From: Hydrurus foetidus
Taxonomy: Eukaryota
Assembly (NCBI GenBank): GCA_900617105.1
Contig: UYFQ01000143.1
Coordinates: 62,001-117,971 of the forward strand
Direction of reading: 5' to 3'
Length of the DNA stretch: 55,971 bases
The position numbers and the translations under genes are program-made. Below, in pieces: positions 12,412-25,300 of this stretch (position 1 is the stretch's first letter; each line of letters opens with the position of its first letter). The notes under the pieces are model-generated. The model made no database searches and had not been told where the DNA came from. It saw nothing but the letters and a program-made list of their open reading frames with translations.

Positions 12412-15400
12412 ATGGGACCTAATAGTGGTGGAGGTCGAAAAAATGCTGGACCTGCGAATACTGCAGCTCGGGCACGTTTTAGTACGTGGAAGCCTCCTGT
12501 TAAAGGGAAAGGCTCTGCCGGTGACAATGATGGTGACAGCAGGAGCTCTAAGAAAGGTGTCGATGTCACTAGGCTTGTTGGTGCAAAGGGAAAAGTGGCA
12601 TCATCAGCAAGCGCAGTCTCTACAAGGGTGCGATCATCATCAGGTGGACTTCCCCCTTGGATTGACGTAAATGCTTTAGAGTCCATTTCTTTGTCACGCG
12701 AACTTCTAGTCAAGCTTTTTAGATACATGAACTTCAATGCTGCGAATACCGCGGGAGATGGAAAAGAAAATCCGAATAGTGGTTTATCAGTCATATCAAA
12801 TCCAGCGAATAAAGTACTGGCAGCCAGCGTTAGAGACTCTCTTGATGCTTTTAAAAAAAGTGAGGAAGGCTTAGAAAGCGACTCCGATGCAAATATCAGG
12901 GAGTTAGAGCAGAAAATCATGAGGTTAAAGTTGTCTAAAGAAGCCAAATCAAAGAACAGCAGTCAATCAGATGCAGACAGCAGGAATCAAAAAGATGAAA
13001 AAGCAGCTACACTCAGCCATTTCCAAAACTTAGGTTTCAGTTCAGACGAAATTAATCACGTTTGCAATGTGTTGCATTCAGACTGCGAGATGAAATCGGC
13101 TGATAACGAAAGTGTTTTCCTCGTCTTATTAGCCAACATTTCTCACCAGGAACTCCCAATGTCTGGAAACACTACAACAAATACAATCAACCTGCAGCAG
13201 CAAAGACGTATTGCAGAGAACAATACAGACCTAACCGATGAGTGCGATGTTCTGAAGAGTATTTATAGTGCAGCAGCTTCTACACAAATGATATCAATCT
13301 TGGGAGGAATATGCAGTATTATCGATTTATCTCTTGCTGAGAGCGATTTGAATATTCCTGGAAGCATTCGTTCTGCTGAAAAATCTGCAGAGGCTGCTTT
13401 GAATATACGGTTTGCCATTTACAGAGCAGGTGCTACATCAAGCTGATGCCCCTTCCCTTAGTCATATTTGAAATTTGTGTGCACAGATCGAGACTGTCTC
13501 AGACATGCAGCAGCTCGCAACATAGAATCAATTCTTTGATATAATCATGGTTCATATCAATGCTATTGCTGCTCTCTACGGCTGACAATGATCTGTTCTA
13601 CATTCTGTTTTCTGCAGTCTGTATTCGTCTACCTCTGACACTGACTGTTTTGTCATGCATTCTGCACTTAACATTTTGTATTCTGTATTCTGTGTTTCAA
13701 ACAATGACTGTTCTGTATTCTGTATGCTGTATTCAGACCTGTACCCCAGAGCGGGATCCATTGCCCTTGGGTGGGTCTCCAGTCCTTCCGAATTCATGGA
13801 TCCAAAGACCTGTCGAAAGTGCTCCGTAGATGCGGTGAGAATGTAGAGGATGATGGATATACTGTATTCTGTTTTTGTTTTTGTTTTATTCGTTGGGCTA
13901 TCGGTAGGGCTGATGTTGTTGTTGCTTCTGCTGTTGTTGCTTCTGTCATTGATGAAACTAGATGGTACCCCATTCTAAAGCACTCTCATTTTCCTCTGCC
14001 ATGTACAGATGAACACCATCCACTCATTACATCAAGGTCAAGCCTGCGCCTTCGACTTCATTCAATGCGTCCTGTCCTCGACAACTGCTTCTGCTGAGAA
14101 AAAAAGAAAAAACCTTGTTCTCGAAAAAGAAGAGCAGCAGGTCGCCGAGTATTACGAGAGGGCTGCCAAGAAAGCTCTCGCAGAGTCAAACGCAAGGAAA
14201 GAAGCGATACTGAAACAGACAAATCAGCTCGCTGACATCGCTACCAAGGCTGAGAATGACAGGAGGAAATTCAAATCAAAGGCAGACACACAGACTAATG
14301 CACAGAGACAGGAACAGAAACACGGCCCTCTGGCACTTGGACTAGGACCGGACGACCCGCCCCCCATCCCCGTCAGGAAAGTGCTAACAATGCCAGAGAA
14401 GAAATGGACGGAGCTGCCGGAGTACAGAAGTGCGTACTTGCAGGCACTCAATGAGGGGCTAGGAGGAGCAGCAGCCAGGGCTCGAACCAGAGATCTGCTG
14501 ACTAATGTTCTCGCAGAGGTACGATAGAGTGTAGTGGCGTGCAGAGCAGTATGGTCGAGTGCAGGGGTGCAGTACCGTACAGCTTAAGAAGATGTAGTGC
14601 AGGAAAGTGCAGGGTCGTTGAGTTTAGTATGGTGCAGTGCAGGGCAGTTGAGAAGAGTAAAGTATAGTACAGTGGGGGTTGATGCAGTGCGGTGGAATAC
14701 AGTATGATGTGGCGCAGTGCAGTGTATGCTGCATTGTACTGCGGAATCGAGCAACAGAGTGTGATGCAGTATGATGCATAGCAGTGCAGTATGGTGCATA
14801 GCAGTGCAGTATGGTGCATAGCAGTGCAGTATGGTGCATAGCAGTGCAGTATGGTGCATAGCAGTGCAGCATAGCAGTGCATGGTGCATAGCAGTGCAGT
14901 ATGGTGCATAGCAGTGCAGTATGGTGCATAGCAGTGCAGTATGGTGCATAGCAGTGCAATATGGTGCATAGCAGTGCAGTATGGTGCATAGCAGTGCAGT
15001 ATGGTGCATAGCAGTGCAGTATGGTGCATAGCAGTGCAGTATGGTGCATAGCAGTGCAATATGGTGCATAGCAGTGCAGTATGGTGCATAGCAGTGCAGT
15101 ATGGTGCATAGCAGTGCAGTATGGTGCATAGCAGTGCAGTATGGTGCATAGCAGTATGATGTAATGCATTGCAGGAGAACGCGAAGAAAATAAACACGCG
15201 CTTCTGGAGATATAGTGCACTTCGTCTCATATTGGTATCTTGTGTCCTTTGACGTATGATTTGCAAAGATAAGGATACTGTCTTTGATTTTTGATTGAGT
15301 CCAGTATCCTAGTCGTTTGAAAAAATCAGTAGTTACGTTAACTTTGCCACTGTAATCTCTTTCGCAAACTACACTCAACAACATTTACTTCAACACACCA

Positions 15401-18400
15401 CCCCCTACGCTGCTACACTCTCACCCTTCTCTCTCTCTCTCGATCACCTCACTACGATATCAACAGAGCACAATGCGAGCCATTGTGAAGGAAGAAAACA
15501 AAATCGAAGAATACAAGAACCAGTCTTACGATATTGAGAAATTGGGTGTGAGCGGTGAGATTGCGTGCACGAAGACATTGATGGGGAGCAGTGGGTTGTC
15601 CAAGTCCAAAGCAAAGGCACTGCTGCAGTCAACGCTAATGGTGAGGAATATGCTATATCTACATTGCCATTGCTTGTGACCGTGGTGCATTAGTGCAACG
15701 TATTCCATCAATACGCTAAATATCGAACATGTTGTATTCCATTGCAAATACAAATGTGATATCATGCCGTATAGCGAGATAATATGTTACGCTCTACTGC
15801 AAAGTATTGTGTTACATTGCAAATACAAATGTGATATCATGTTGTATAGCGAGATAATAAGTTACGCTCTACTGCAAAGTATTGTGTTACATTGCAAATA
15901 CAAATGTGATATCATGTTGTATAGCGAGATAATAAGTTACGCTCTACTGCAAAGCATTGTGTTACATTGCAAATACAAATGTGATATCATGTTGTATAGC
16001 GAGATAATAAGTTACGCTCTACTGCAAAGCATTGTGTTACATTGCAAATACAAATGTGATATCATGTTGTATAGCGAGATAATAAGTTACGCTCTACTGC
16101 AAAGTATTGTGTTACAATGCAAATACAAATGTGATATCATGTTGTATAGCGAGATAATAAGTTACGCTCTACTGCAAAGTATTGTGTTACAATGCAAATA
16201 CAAATGTGATATCATGTTGTATAGCGAGATAATAAGTTACGCTCTACTGCAAAGTATTGTGTTACATTGCAAATACAAATGTGATATCATGTTGTATAGC
16301 GAGATAATAAGTTACGCTCTACTGCAAAGTATTGTGTTACAATGCAAATACAAATGTGATATCATGTTGTATAGCGAGATAATAAGTTACGCTCTACTGC
16401 AAAGTATTGTGTTACATTGCGAAGTTTAATCTGATATTGTATCATATTTTAAGACGCCTCTCTGTGCCATGTCATTCAGTGAAGTGGTCCTGAACATAAT
16501 TACTGCACATCGCCTGTCTTCTTAACTGCACCAATCACCCTCCCTAGATGCTGATCGAAAGGGGACAGGGCTATGCGAGAGATGAGGAATCCATGAAATC
16601 TAAATGGGTAGCGGAGTCTCTCAAGGCTCTCAAAGAAAGTCAAGGAGGGGCACTGAGCAAACAGTCAGTGTCAAGCCCCAGTCATTCTCTCATAGAGGAG
16701 AATGGAAGGAGGGGTGGTGTGTCTGATGCAGTAGAGAATGGCAATGATGTTGAGGTGGGTAATAGTGGAGGTGGGAGTAGGGGTGGGGATGGAAGGGAGT
16801 CAGTCAAGGTGGAGGCAGTGGAGAAGAAGTTCAGTGGTGGGTTTAGTCTGGAGCAGTGTGTGGCGGCAGTGAGGGAGAAGGCCAGGGAAAGAGAAGAGGC
16901 TGCTCAAAACCGTATGCCCGATATTTCGACTGGTGCCAACGGAGGTATGTACTTGCGTAACGTACTGTGTTGAGAGAAGATACGATAGGACGGTCCTCTT
17001 CTACGTGTCTCGGTATGGTGGTTTGAGATGTCATCTTCTACAGTCCTCGTTATATCTATTTTCTTTGAGTCTCTCATTCGATACTCTCTTCTCTTCCATT
17101 AGCGATGCCCATGTCCTTGCGTCCCCTTGCTTCCCCTTATCTATCAGTCTGCCTGACTCACTTCCTCAAGTTTCTCTTGAGTGCACCGCACCGCATCACA
17201 CTTCACTACTTGACTCTACTGTACATCGACTACTCTAGACTACTCTACACTATACTGCATCGCACTACACTACACTGCACAGCACCACACTGCACTACTC
17301 TGCACCTCATCACGCTATACCTCACCGCACCAAACTTCACTGCACTAAACAACACTACACTACATTTAACCATACCTAATTACCCTGTATCACACCACAC
17401 TCCACCTCATCGCATAGACAAGGCGGAGGAGTTGCGCAGACAGCAGAGGAGCGAGCTGGAGAGCAGGAGACTGACCACCGACCTCGAGAACAAAAGAGCG
17501 AATAAAAAATATCAAGACCTGCTCTCTGTGAGAACCAGTCTACCTGCCTTTCAGATGAGGTACCGTATAGTATATAATGTGTCATGAGTTATATGATTAC
17601 TGGATGAGTGATATGGGGTGGTGAGATAAGAGTTAGGTTTGATCGGATTAGATCAAATTAATTTGTTAAGATGCTGATTGAGAATGTGAGAAGTGGAGGG
17701 GAGAATTGAATGCGAGATGAGACTGGTGCGTGACATGACGCGACGTGACATGGAGGAGTACAGTCCACGATATTTTTGCAGCTGATTCCTTTTAACTCAT
17801 CCGAATATGCACAGGGAGAACATAGTGAACACCATTTTGTCCAACAGAGTTGTGGTCGTTTCAGGGGACACTGGATGCGGTAAGACAAGAGAGGAAGACT
17901 GGACTTTGTTTTACATGCGATGTTTCTGCAAGCTTGCCTCCCACTCCCACTCTCTCACATGCCATTACTCACCTTTCTGCATGTACACATCCGTGCTATA
18001 CACAATATCAGGTAAGACAACGCAGATCCCCCAATTGGTGCTAGACGCAGCCATCGACATGGGGAGAGGGGCGGAGATCAATCTCGTGGTCACACAGCCG
18101 AGACGTATCAGCGCCATCTCCGTGGCAGAGAGAATCGCTCAGGAGAGAGTGGAGACTGTGGGCCAGACTGCAGGTATGAAGAGCAGTTGGCGGTATCAGT
18201 GTTGCCCTTGCTTGACGCATTTTTCCGTTCTGTTTCTCCTTTTTCTTTCTTTCTTTCTTTCTATCTTTCTTTCTTCTCTCTGTCCTTCTTTCTTGCTTAC
18301 TTTCTTCCTTTCCTTCTTCTTTCTTTTCGATGTCTCTCTTCTTTACTTTTCCTTTCTTTTTTTGAAATATTAGCTCTAATGACCACAAATCTTCTGCACT

Positions 18401-21295
18401 TCCCTACACCCTAATTATTCAATTTCCCTTTTTATCGTGTCGTGTCTTGGATGCATTTGAACGTTACAGGCTACCACATCAAGCTTGAGTCTAAGAAGAG
18501 CGCGAAGACAAGGATCCTCCTCATGACCACTGGAGTGCTCCTGAGGAGACTGCAGGCAAGCACACAGCTGTTTGTGTCGGTGTGCACACACACTCTACTA
18601 CGCTGTATTGCACATACTGTACCGTATCGCTCTCTGTTGTGTTATGTTGTGATGAATTGCTGCTGGTTATTCGATATGCAAAAAGTAAGTTCTAGTTACC
18701 CACTGTCGTTTCTCAGTGACAGCATGATGTTAATACACCTTCGGCAAGGATGTGTAGCTGTGATATACTTATGGAAGATGACGAACGCCTCACAACACGC
18801 TGCAACACTTCCTCCGACCTTTTCTGCACTTGCTCTGTGTACCACTCACCGCATAGCACGAATATGAGTATCATCTCCTATAGTATATGATACTCCACCA
18901 GCTCCCCACTAACACCATATCATATCATATCGTATCATGTAATGTTACGTAATGTGACATCGCGTGGTCCACGCAGATGGAGGGAGATCTGCGCGGTATC
19001 AGCCACGTGTTCGTGGACGAGGTGCACGAGAGGGACATCAACACAGACTTCCTCCTCATCGTACTCAAGAACCTCATGAAGAAGGTGAACCCGCACATAT
19101 TGTAGCACTACGTTGGTTGCTGTATTGCCGCTTCTTACTGCTCTGCGGTCTTAGTCCAAGCGTGGCCATCATCATCTCCGTCTACACGTACCAAAGTGCC
19201 AACCACTTTTTCTTAACTCAACTTTTCCTGTCCCCTCTCCGTGATTCATCCTCCTTATTTGTCTTTCATTTCTCACTCACCCACCACTCTTTTTCTCTGC
19301 CAAATCACCTACTCCCCCACTTCTGTCCACTGCACTGCACTGCACTGCATAACACTTCGCTTCGCTTCACTTCAGAGGAAAGATTTGAAGGTGGTCCTCA
19401 TGAGCGCAACCCTCAACGCGGAACTGTTCAGCAACTACTTCAAAGAGGAAGGTGCCAAATGAACTATTGTCTTCGCTACACGTCAAACAGTCTTTCTGTC
19501 CAGTCCTGCATTATTGCCTTCTTCATTCTTATGTTTATTTGCCGTCCACACCTCACGACGTCATGAAATAGTTCATCAGGCTATGACGGACAGTCATCTC
19601 TGCCAAAAGCCGTCTACCTTTTTAATGCGTACATCTATCATCACCATATTCCCCACTGCCCCACTCTCCTTGTCGTTCCAACAGGTTATCAATCTCTGTA
19701 AGATTATCATCCCCATACCCTCTCTCACCCACTCTCTCTGCTTAACACCTCTGTAGGTTGTGCCCTGATAAGTATTCCGGGCCGAGCATTCCCAGTCACC
19801 ACTTTCTTTTTAGAAGATGCACTAGACCACACAGCATTTAAGGTGAGCAGAAAGTAGAGGAGATGAAGAAGAGAGAAGATGACAAATAAGGAGATGAAAA
19901 AGAGAGAAGATGACAAATAGAGGAGATGAAAAAGAGAGAAGATGACAAATAGAGGAGATAGTGAAGAGAGAAGATGACAAATAGAGGAGATAGTGAAGAG
20001 GGAAGATTAGAAGTAGAGATAGCATTTTCATTGTATTATCAATTACTATTTATTTGATGTGTACTACTTTCAGTGAGTCATCCTCGCGCACCCACCTTAT
20101 TTAAATAGCCTCACTTAACTTTCTCCCTTCCTCTCCTACTCATCTTTTTGATTTTTCTTTCACTAACATCACTTACCTCTGCTTCCTTCCCCCCTTTCTC
20201 TCGCCTCATCTCATTTCTTCTCTAGTTGGATCCCAAATCCGATTCAGTGTACAAAGGAGGAGGCAGGGGAGACGACCGGTAAGAAAATGCATGACGTATT
20301 TATTGCAGCCACTCTATTCTGTGAGTCTGCCAGTCAGTCTGTCACTTGGCAGAGAAAGCTACCAACGCTGTGCCTTGCTGTCTCAACCTCAATTGATCTT
20401 TATTTTTCAAAAAGAACATCAACTTCAATCTATCGTCATGTCATCATACGGACTCTTCACCATCTCCTCCATCTCTCCCCCCTCTTCTCCCTCCATCCCT
20501 CCCTCCTCACCATCTCCTCCCTTCATCCCTCCCTCTTTCTCTCCCTCCCTTCCTCCCTCCTCACCGTCTTCTTCTTCCGTCTTCACCTCCTTCATCCAAG
20601 AGACCCTCACGCGAAGAAGCAAGCGGAAAGCAATAGAGTGATTGCGCTACAGACTCTTCGCAGAAATCTAGCAGGGAAGTACTCCCAGCAAACCTTCCTA
20701 ACTCTGGAGAACTTGGACGAGTCGGTGGTCAACAAGGTGCTGCTTCCACTTGTCTTCTTTCTTCGAATAGTCTTGAATATTCTAAATGATAAGTCAATGG
20801 CCTGACTCGAATGCTCATGACCTCGAACGCAGTGAAGATGTCCTTTCGACCACACAGCACATGTCATGCACATATCTATCAAACGGCATAGAATATCTGA
20901 CGTGACTACCTTTCTCACTTCCCTCTTCTTTTCCTCTCTTTTCATCTCTTCTCCTCATTTTCTTTACTTTCTTTTCTCACCTTTCCCGCTTCTATTCCTT
21001 GTACTTTTCTCTTATTTGCCTGTCTAATGCTTTCCCGTACTGTACTGTACTGATGTTGCAGGAGCTGATAATGTCTTTAGTTGCCAAGATTCTCAGAGAT
21101 GGCAAACCAGGCAAGCAATATCACACAATCGCATGATGCACTGCACCGTTGAATGAACTCTAGTTGGGCAATGTAGAATCACGTGAGGTATACTTTAGTG
21201 GGGAAAGCAGGATAAAGGAGTCATGTAACTACGTAAATGCAGTCTAGATGTATCTGAATATCAAACGTTCCTCACTTTCCCTCCTCCACACTCAA

Positions 21296-21334
<39 letters not shown>

Positions 21335-22349
21335 AGCAATACTGATATTCGTGCCTGGTCTGGCGAACATCCGAGACATCACTGAGTTGCTCAAGAAATC
21401 AAAGGAGATAGCAGCAACGGGAATAGCTCTGGACAGTCTGAGAGTGTTGCCTCTGCACTCCACCCTCTCTTCAGCAGAACAAAGCAGAGTGTTCACGGTG
21501 AGACACAGTACTTCACTGTATTCGTCATGTGCATTTCGTATCATTCACGTTCACTAATCCTCAATTCCATTCATCCTCTCTCTCTCCTTCTCTCCCTCCC
21601 TCCCTCCCTCCCTCCCTTTCTCCCTCCCTCTTTCTAACTCTCTTTCTATCTCATTTTCTTACCTCGTAGATCTACCCTCCTGGGGTGCGCAAGATTGTGG
21701 TGTCGACCAATATTGCAGAGACATCGGTCACCATACCGGATGTGGTGTTTGTTCTCGACACCGTCAAGGTCAAAGAAAACAGGTGAGATAGATTTAGTTA
21801 CCTATTTTGTATCGTGATAAACATCGACAATGTCAAGGTGAACGAGAACGGGTTTGACAGATTTATTCAGTTATGTTATGACAGAATAGATCAGATCGGG
21901 CTATCACATTACCTGCATCTCCAGAAGTAGCACGCAGGTCAAGTTTATCTCTGTCTTTAGGCTCGTTATCGAAATAGTTTGAAATCGCTGGAGGAAACTT
22001 TATCAAATAGACAGATCTGCAATTGCAACTCTGCGTTCATGCAGTTGCTTTTTACCGAGCATTCCATACCCTCCTCACTCCGACATTACACCGCTCAATC
22101 CCACCTACCCTCTCTCCCTTCTTCCTTCCCTCTGCCCTCCCACTTTCTCTCCCTCCCTCCCACTCACCTTCGACTGTCAATGTCTATACACAGATATGAC
22201 GAAGTGTCTCAACTTAGCGTACTAGACGAGTGCTGGGTGAGTCAGGCCAATGCAAGGCAAAGAAGCGGAAGGGCGGGTAGAGTACAGCCTGGTATCTGCT
22301 ACCGCTTGATATCGTCTGTAGGATTTAATCAGGTAACAGCAAGTGTGAA

Positions 22350-22385
<36 letters not shown>

Positions 22386-25300
22386 ATTATATGCGTGTTC
22401 GAGTGAGTGTCAATGTGGATGGCTTACTTTTAATTCCGGCACCTCACCTTGTTGAAGAGAACTGCACTTGAAATACGTATTTGAATCCCAGTGAAACAGC
22501 AGTAGTGCCACTTCTCTCATGACCACGGAACAACAATTAGTAGCAAAGTTCATCAGCACAAAAATGTGCAGACGAATACAAAGTCGTCACAACTCGAATC
22601 CACATCCCAATACCCCCTCATTCCCTCCCTTCTCCTACTATTCCATTCAATTCCATTCTACTCCATAAAGTTGGCCGCGCACACTGTACCAGAGATGTTA
22701 CGGCTAAGTCTAGAAGAGCTCATTCTGCAGATCCTGGCCTTAGACTTGGGGGATCCGTACGAGTTTCTCGAAAGCGCCATCTCCCCGCCTGAAAGTCTAT
22801 CAATTAGAAATGCGCTAAAATTCTTAGGTGAGTCAGAGAAGAGATAAGATGAGACAAGTTGAGATAAGATGAGATGAGAATTGCGATCAATCAGACAGTT
22901 CGTCAGTCGGTCAGTTAGTCAGTCAGTCAGTCAGTAAAAAAGGTGTCAGTAAGTCAGTCAGTCAGCGAGTGAGTCAGTCAGTCAGTCAGTCAGTAAAAAA
23001 GGTGTCAGTCAGTGAGTCAGTCAGTGAGTCAGTCGGTCAGTCAGCGAGTGAGTGAGTCAGTCGGTCAGTCAGTAAGTCAGTCAGTCAGTAAAAAAGGTGT
23101 CAGTCAGTCAGTCAGGTAGTGAGTGACGTAACATTAGATTCAGGGTGGAGTGAATCGACGTGTTTATGGCTGATTGAATGAGATGCGTGATGAAGTGTCA
23201 CGAATCAAAAATGGATTCAATTGCAGTGTCTCCAATTTCATAACAACCCAACTTCTTGAAGTTACGGCCAATCTACTGTTCTCTCATTGTCTTTTCTTTT
23301 CTTCTCTTCTATTTTTTAACTTTTCTCATCTAATCTTTTCTTTTGTATCGTTTTGTCTTCACTATTTTTCCTATATTGCATTAGATAACCTGAGTGCAGT
23401 TGTGCTTGACAATGATAACGACAATGAAGACGACCTTCCTGACACCCCTCCCAACAAGTCCTCAAAAGCTAACAGAGCGGAGGACTCAGAGCGACTCGTC
23501 TCGCAGATAACTCCGCTAGGATTCCATCTGGCGGCACTACCAATAAATCCGAGGATTGGTAAACTCATTTTATTCGGTACGATAAAAGAAATAGTATTTT
23601 ACAGAAGAAGTGCTTCAATATGATCAGCGCGTTCATGTGACTTGGATTGTTACAAGAAGAGAAAAGAAAACCACAACAGACACTTATCTGCACAGTACAG
23701 CGTACATGACGGCTACCGATCCATTTCTTGCCATCAACAACTGATTCTCCACCTGTGTGATGACTCATAATTCTAAATCCCATCCCTCTGCTCTGTCAGG
23801 CGTGTTGTTGGGGTGCGTGGATCCAATGCTCACCATCGCTGCGACAGGTACAGTACGCACGTGAACAGTCAGACATGCGATGCGACTCACACTTTTAGAC
23901 GCATACAGACACGCTGCACACACAAACATCAAATACACGCACGTGATAAAAACAGTGCACATCAGTCCACTCTCCCCTTTTAATGCTCTCCCTTTCTCCT
24001 CCTTCTCTCCTCCTCTTCACTTCTCTCCTCTCTCCTCCCCTGATTCAACTTTACAGCCTGTACTGACTGTCTATTCTAATCAGCAAACGTCTTATTTTTG
24101 TCGCATCCTACTCACTGCCTCCCTCTTCTCTCAGTGTCCGCCAAGAGTCCTTTCCTCGCTCCTTTCGATGACAGAGAAAGAGCAGACCAGGCAAAACTAA
24201 AGGTGACTCCCCTTGGGATGGGATGGCCACTAGCTGTCAACACTCGCCACTACCGCACCTCCACTTTGCGTATAATGCCTACTCGACTATGCCTCTTTCT
24301 TCATCTCCACGACTGCATCTATACTTCAGACGAAACTAAATGTCCATTTCTCTCTGTGCAGTTTTCTGACGGAGACAGCGACTTACTGGCAATGCTGAAT
24401 GCGTACGAAGCGTGGAAGAAAGTCTCGCCCAACAAGTACGCACTGTTAAAAAGCAGTGAATGATAGCATAATCTACTGCACCATACCGCACTGCTCTACT
24501 CCACGCTACACTCCACTACCCTGCATTACACTGCACTGACACTAATCTGCTCTGCCTGTATGGCACTGCACTGCTCTGCTCTGCGCTGTACTACAGCTCA
24601 CGACACCGCTGTCTACTCCTCATGGCACAGCAATGCACCCCTGTAAGACATCTCTAACCCTACCATCTCTCTAACTACAACTGTGCAGTAGCAATACAGG
24701 TAGAGGAGGAGGAGGAGGAGGAGGAGGGGGCGGGTATCAGAAGAGAAATCCGGAAGAGGAGATATTCTGTCGAGTGAACTACTTATCCCTCAATGCCCTG
24801 CAGATGATCGAACAGGTCACTTCAACTCGCTTCGCTTCACTTCAGTTACTCGTAGTATAAGACATTATGTGCTGACTTCTTTGATTGTTCACTGCGAGTT
24901 CTGCCGTAGATATCTGCACCAAATCTGATGTTTTGAGTCTACCTTTTCTATCTCCTCTCGTCCCTTCCTCCCCCATTCGCTCTCTCCCGTCTTCTGTCCT
25001 TTCCTCCTTCTCTCCATACCTCTGTCACCTATTTCCTCGCTTCTTATCTTCCCCTGCCTCTCCAACATGTACATGTTATTTCTCTTACCACGCTATCACT
25101 TATATCCAACAGATGAGAGCTCAGTTTCTGGAACTACTAAAGGACATCGGCTTCCTCCCTTGGGACGTTAGCATCAACAATGTCGCTTCCCGCTATGAGA
25201 ACAGAAACGGCTCTGACAGGGGCATGCTAGGCGCAGTGCTGTGTGCTGGACTAGCACCTAATATCTTGCATATACCCTATGTAGCGCGGTCTCCTGCGTC

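Noticed and set aside
14502..15384. Long minus-strand Cys/His-rich ORFs
   Set aside because: They are translations of the 20-bp intronic repeat, open in all three frames.
15764..16429. 221-aa ORF made of 25-aa repeats
   Set aside because: It arises from a stop-free frame of the 75-bp minisatellite inside a helicase intron. The flanking exons join in phase without it.
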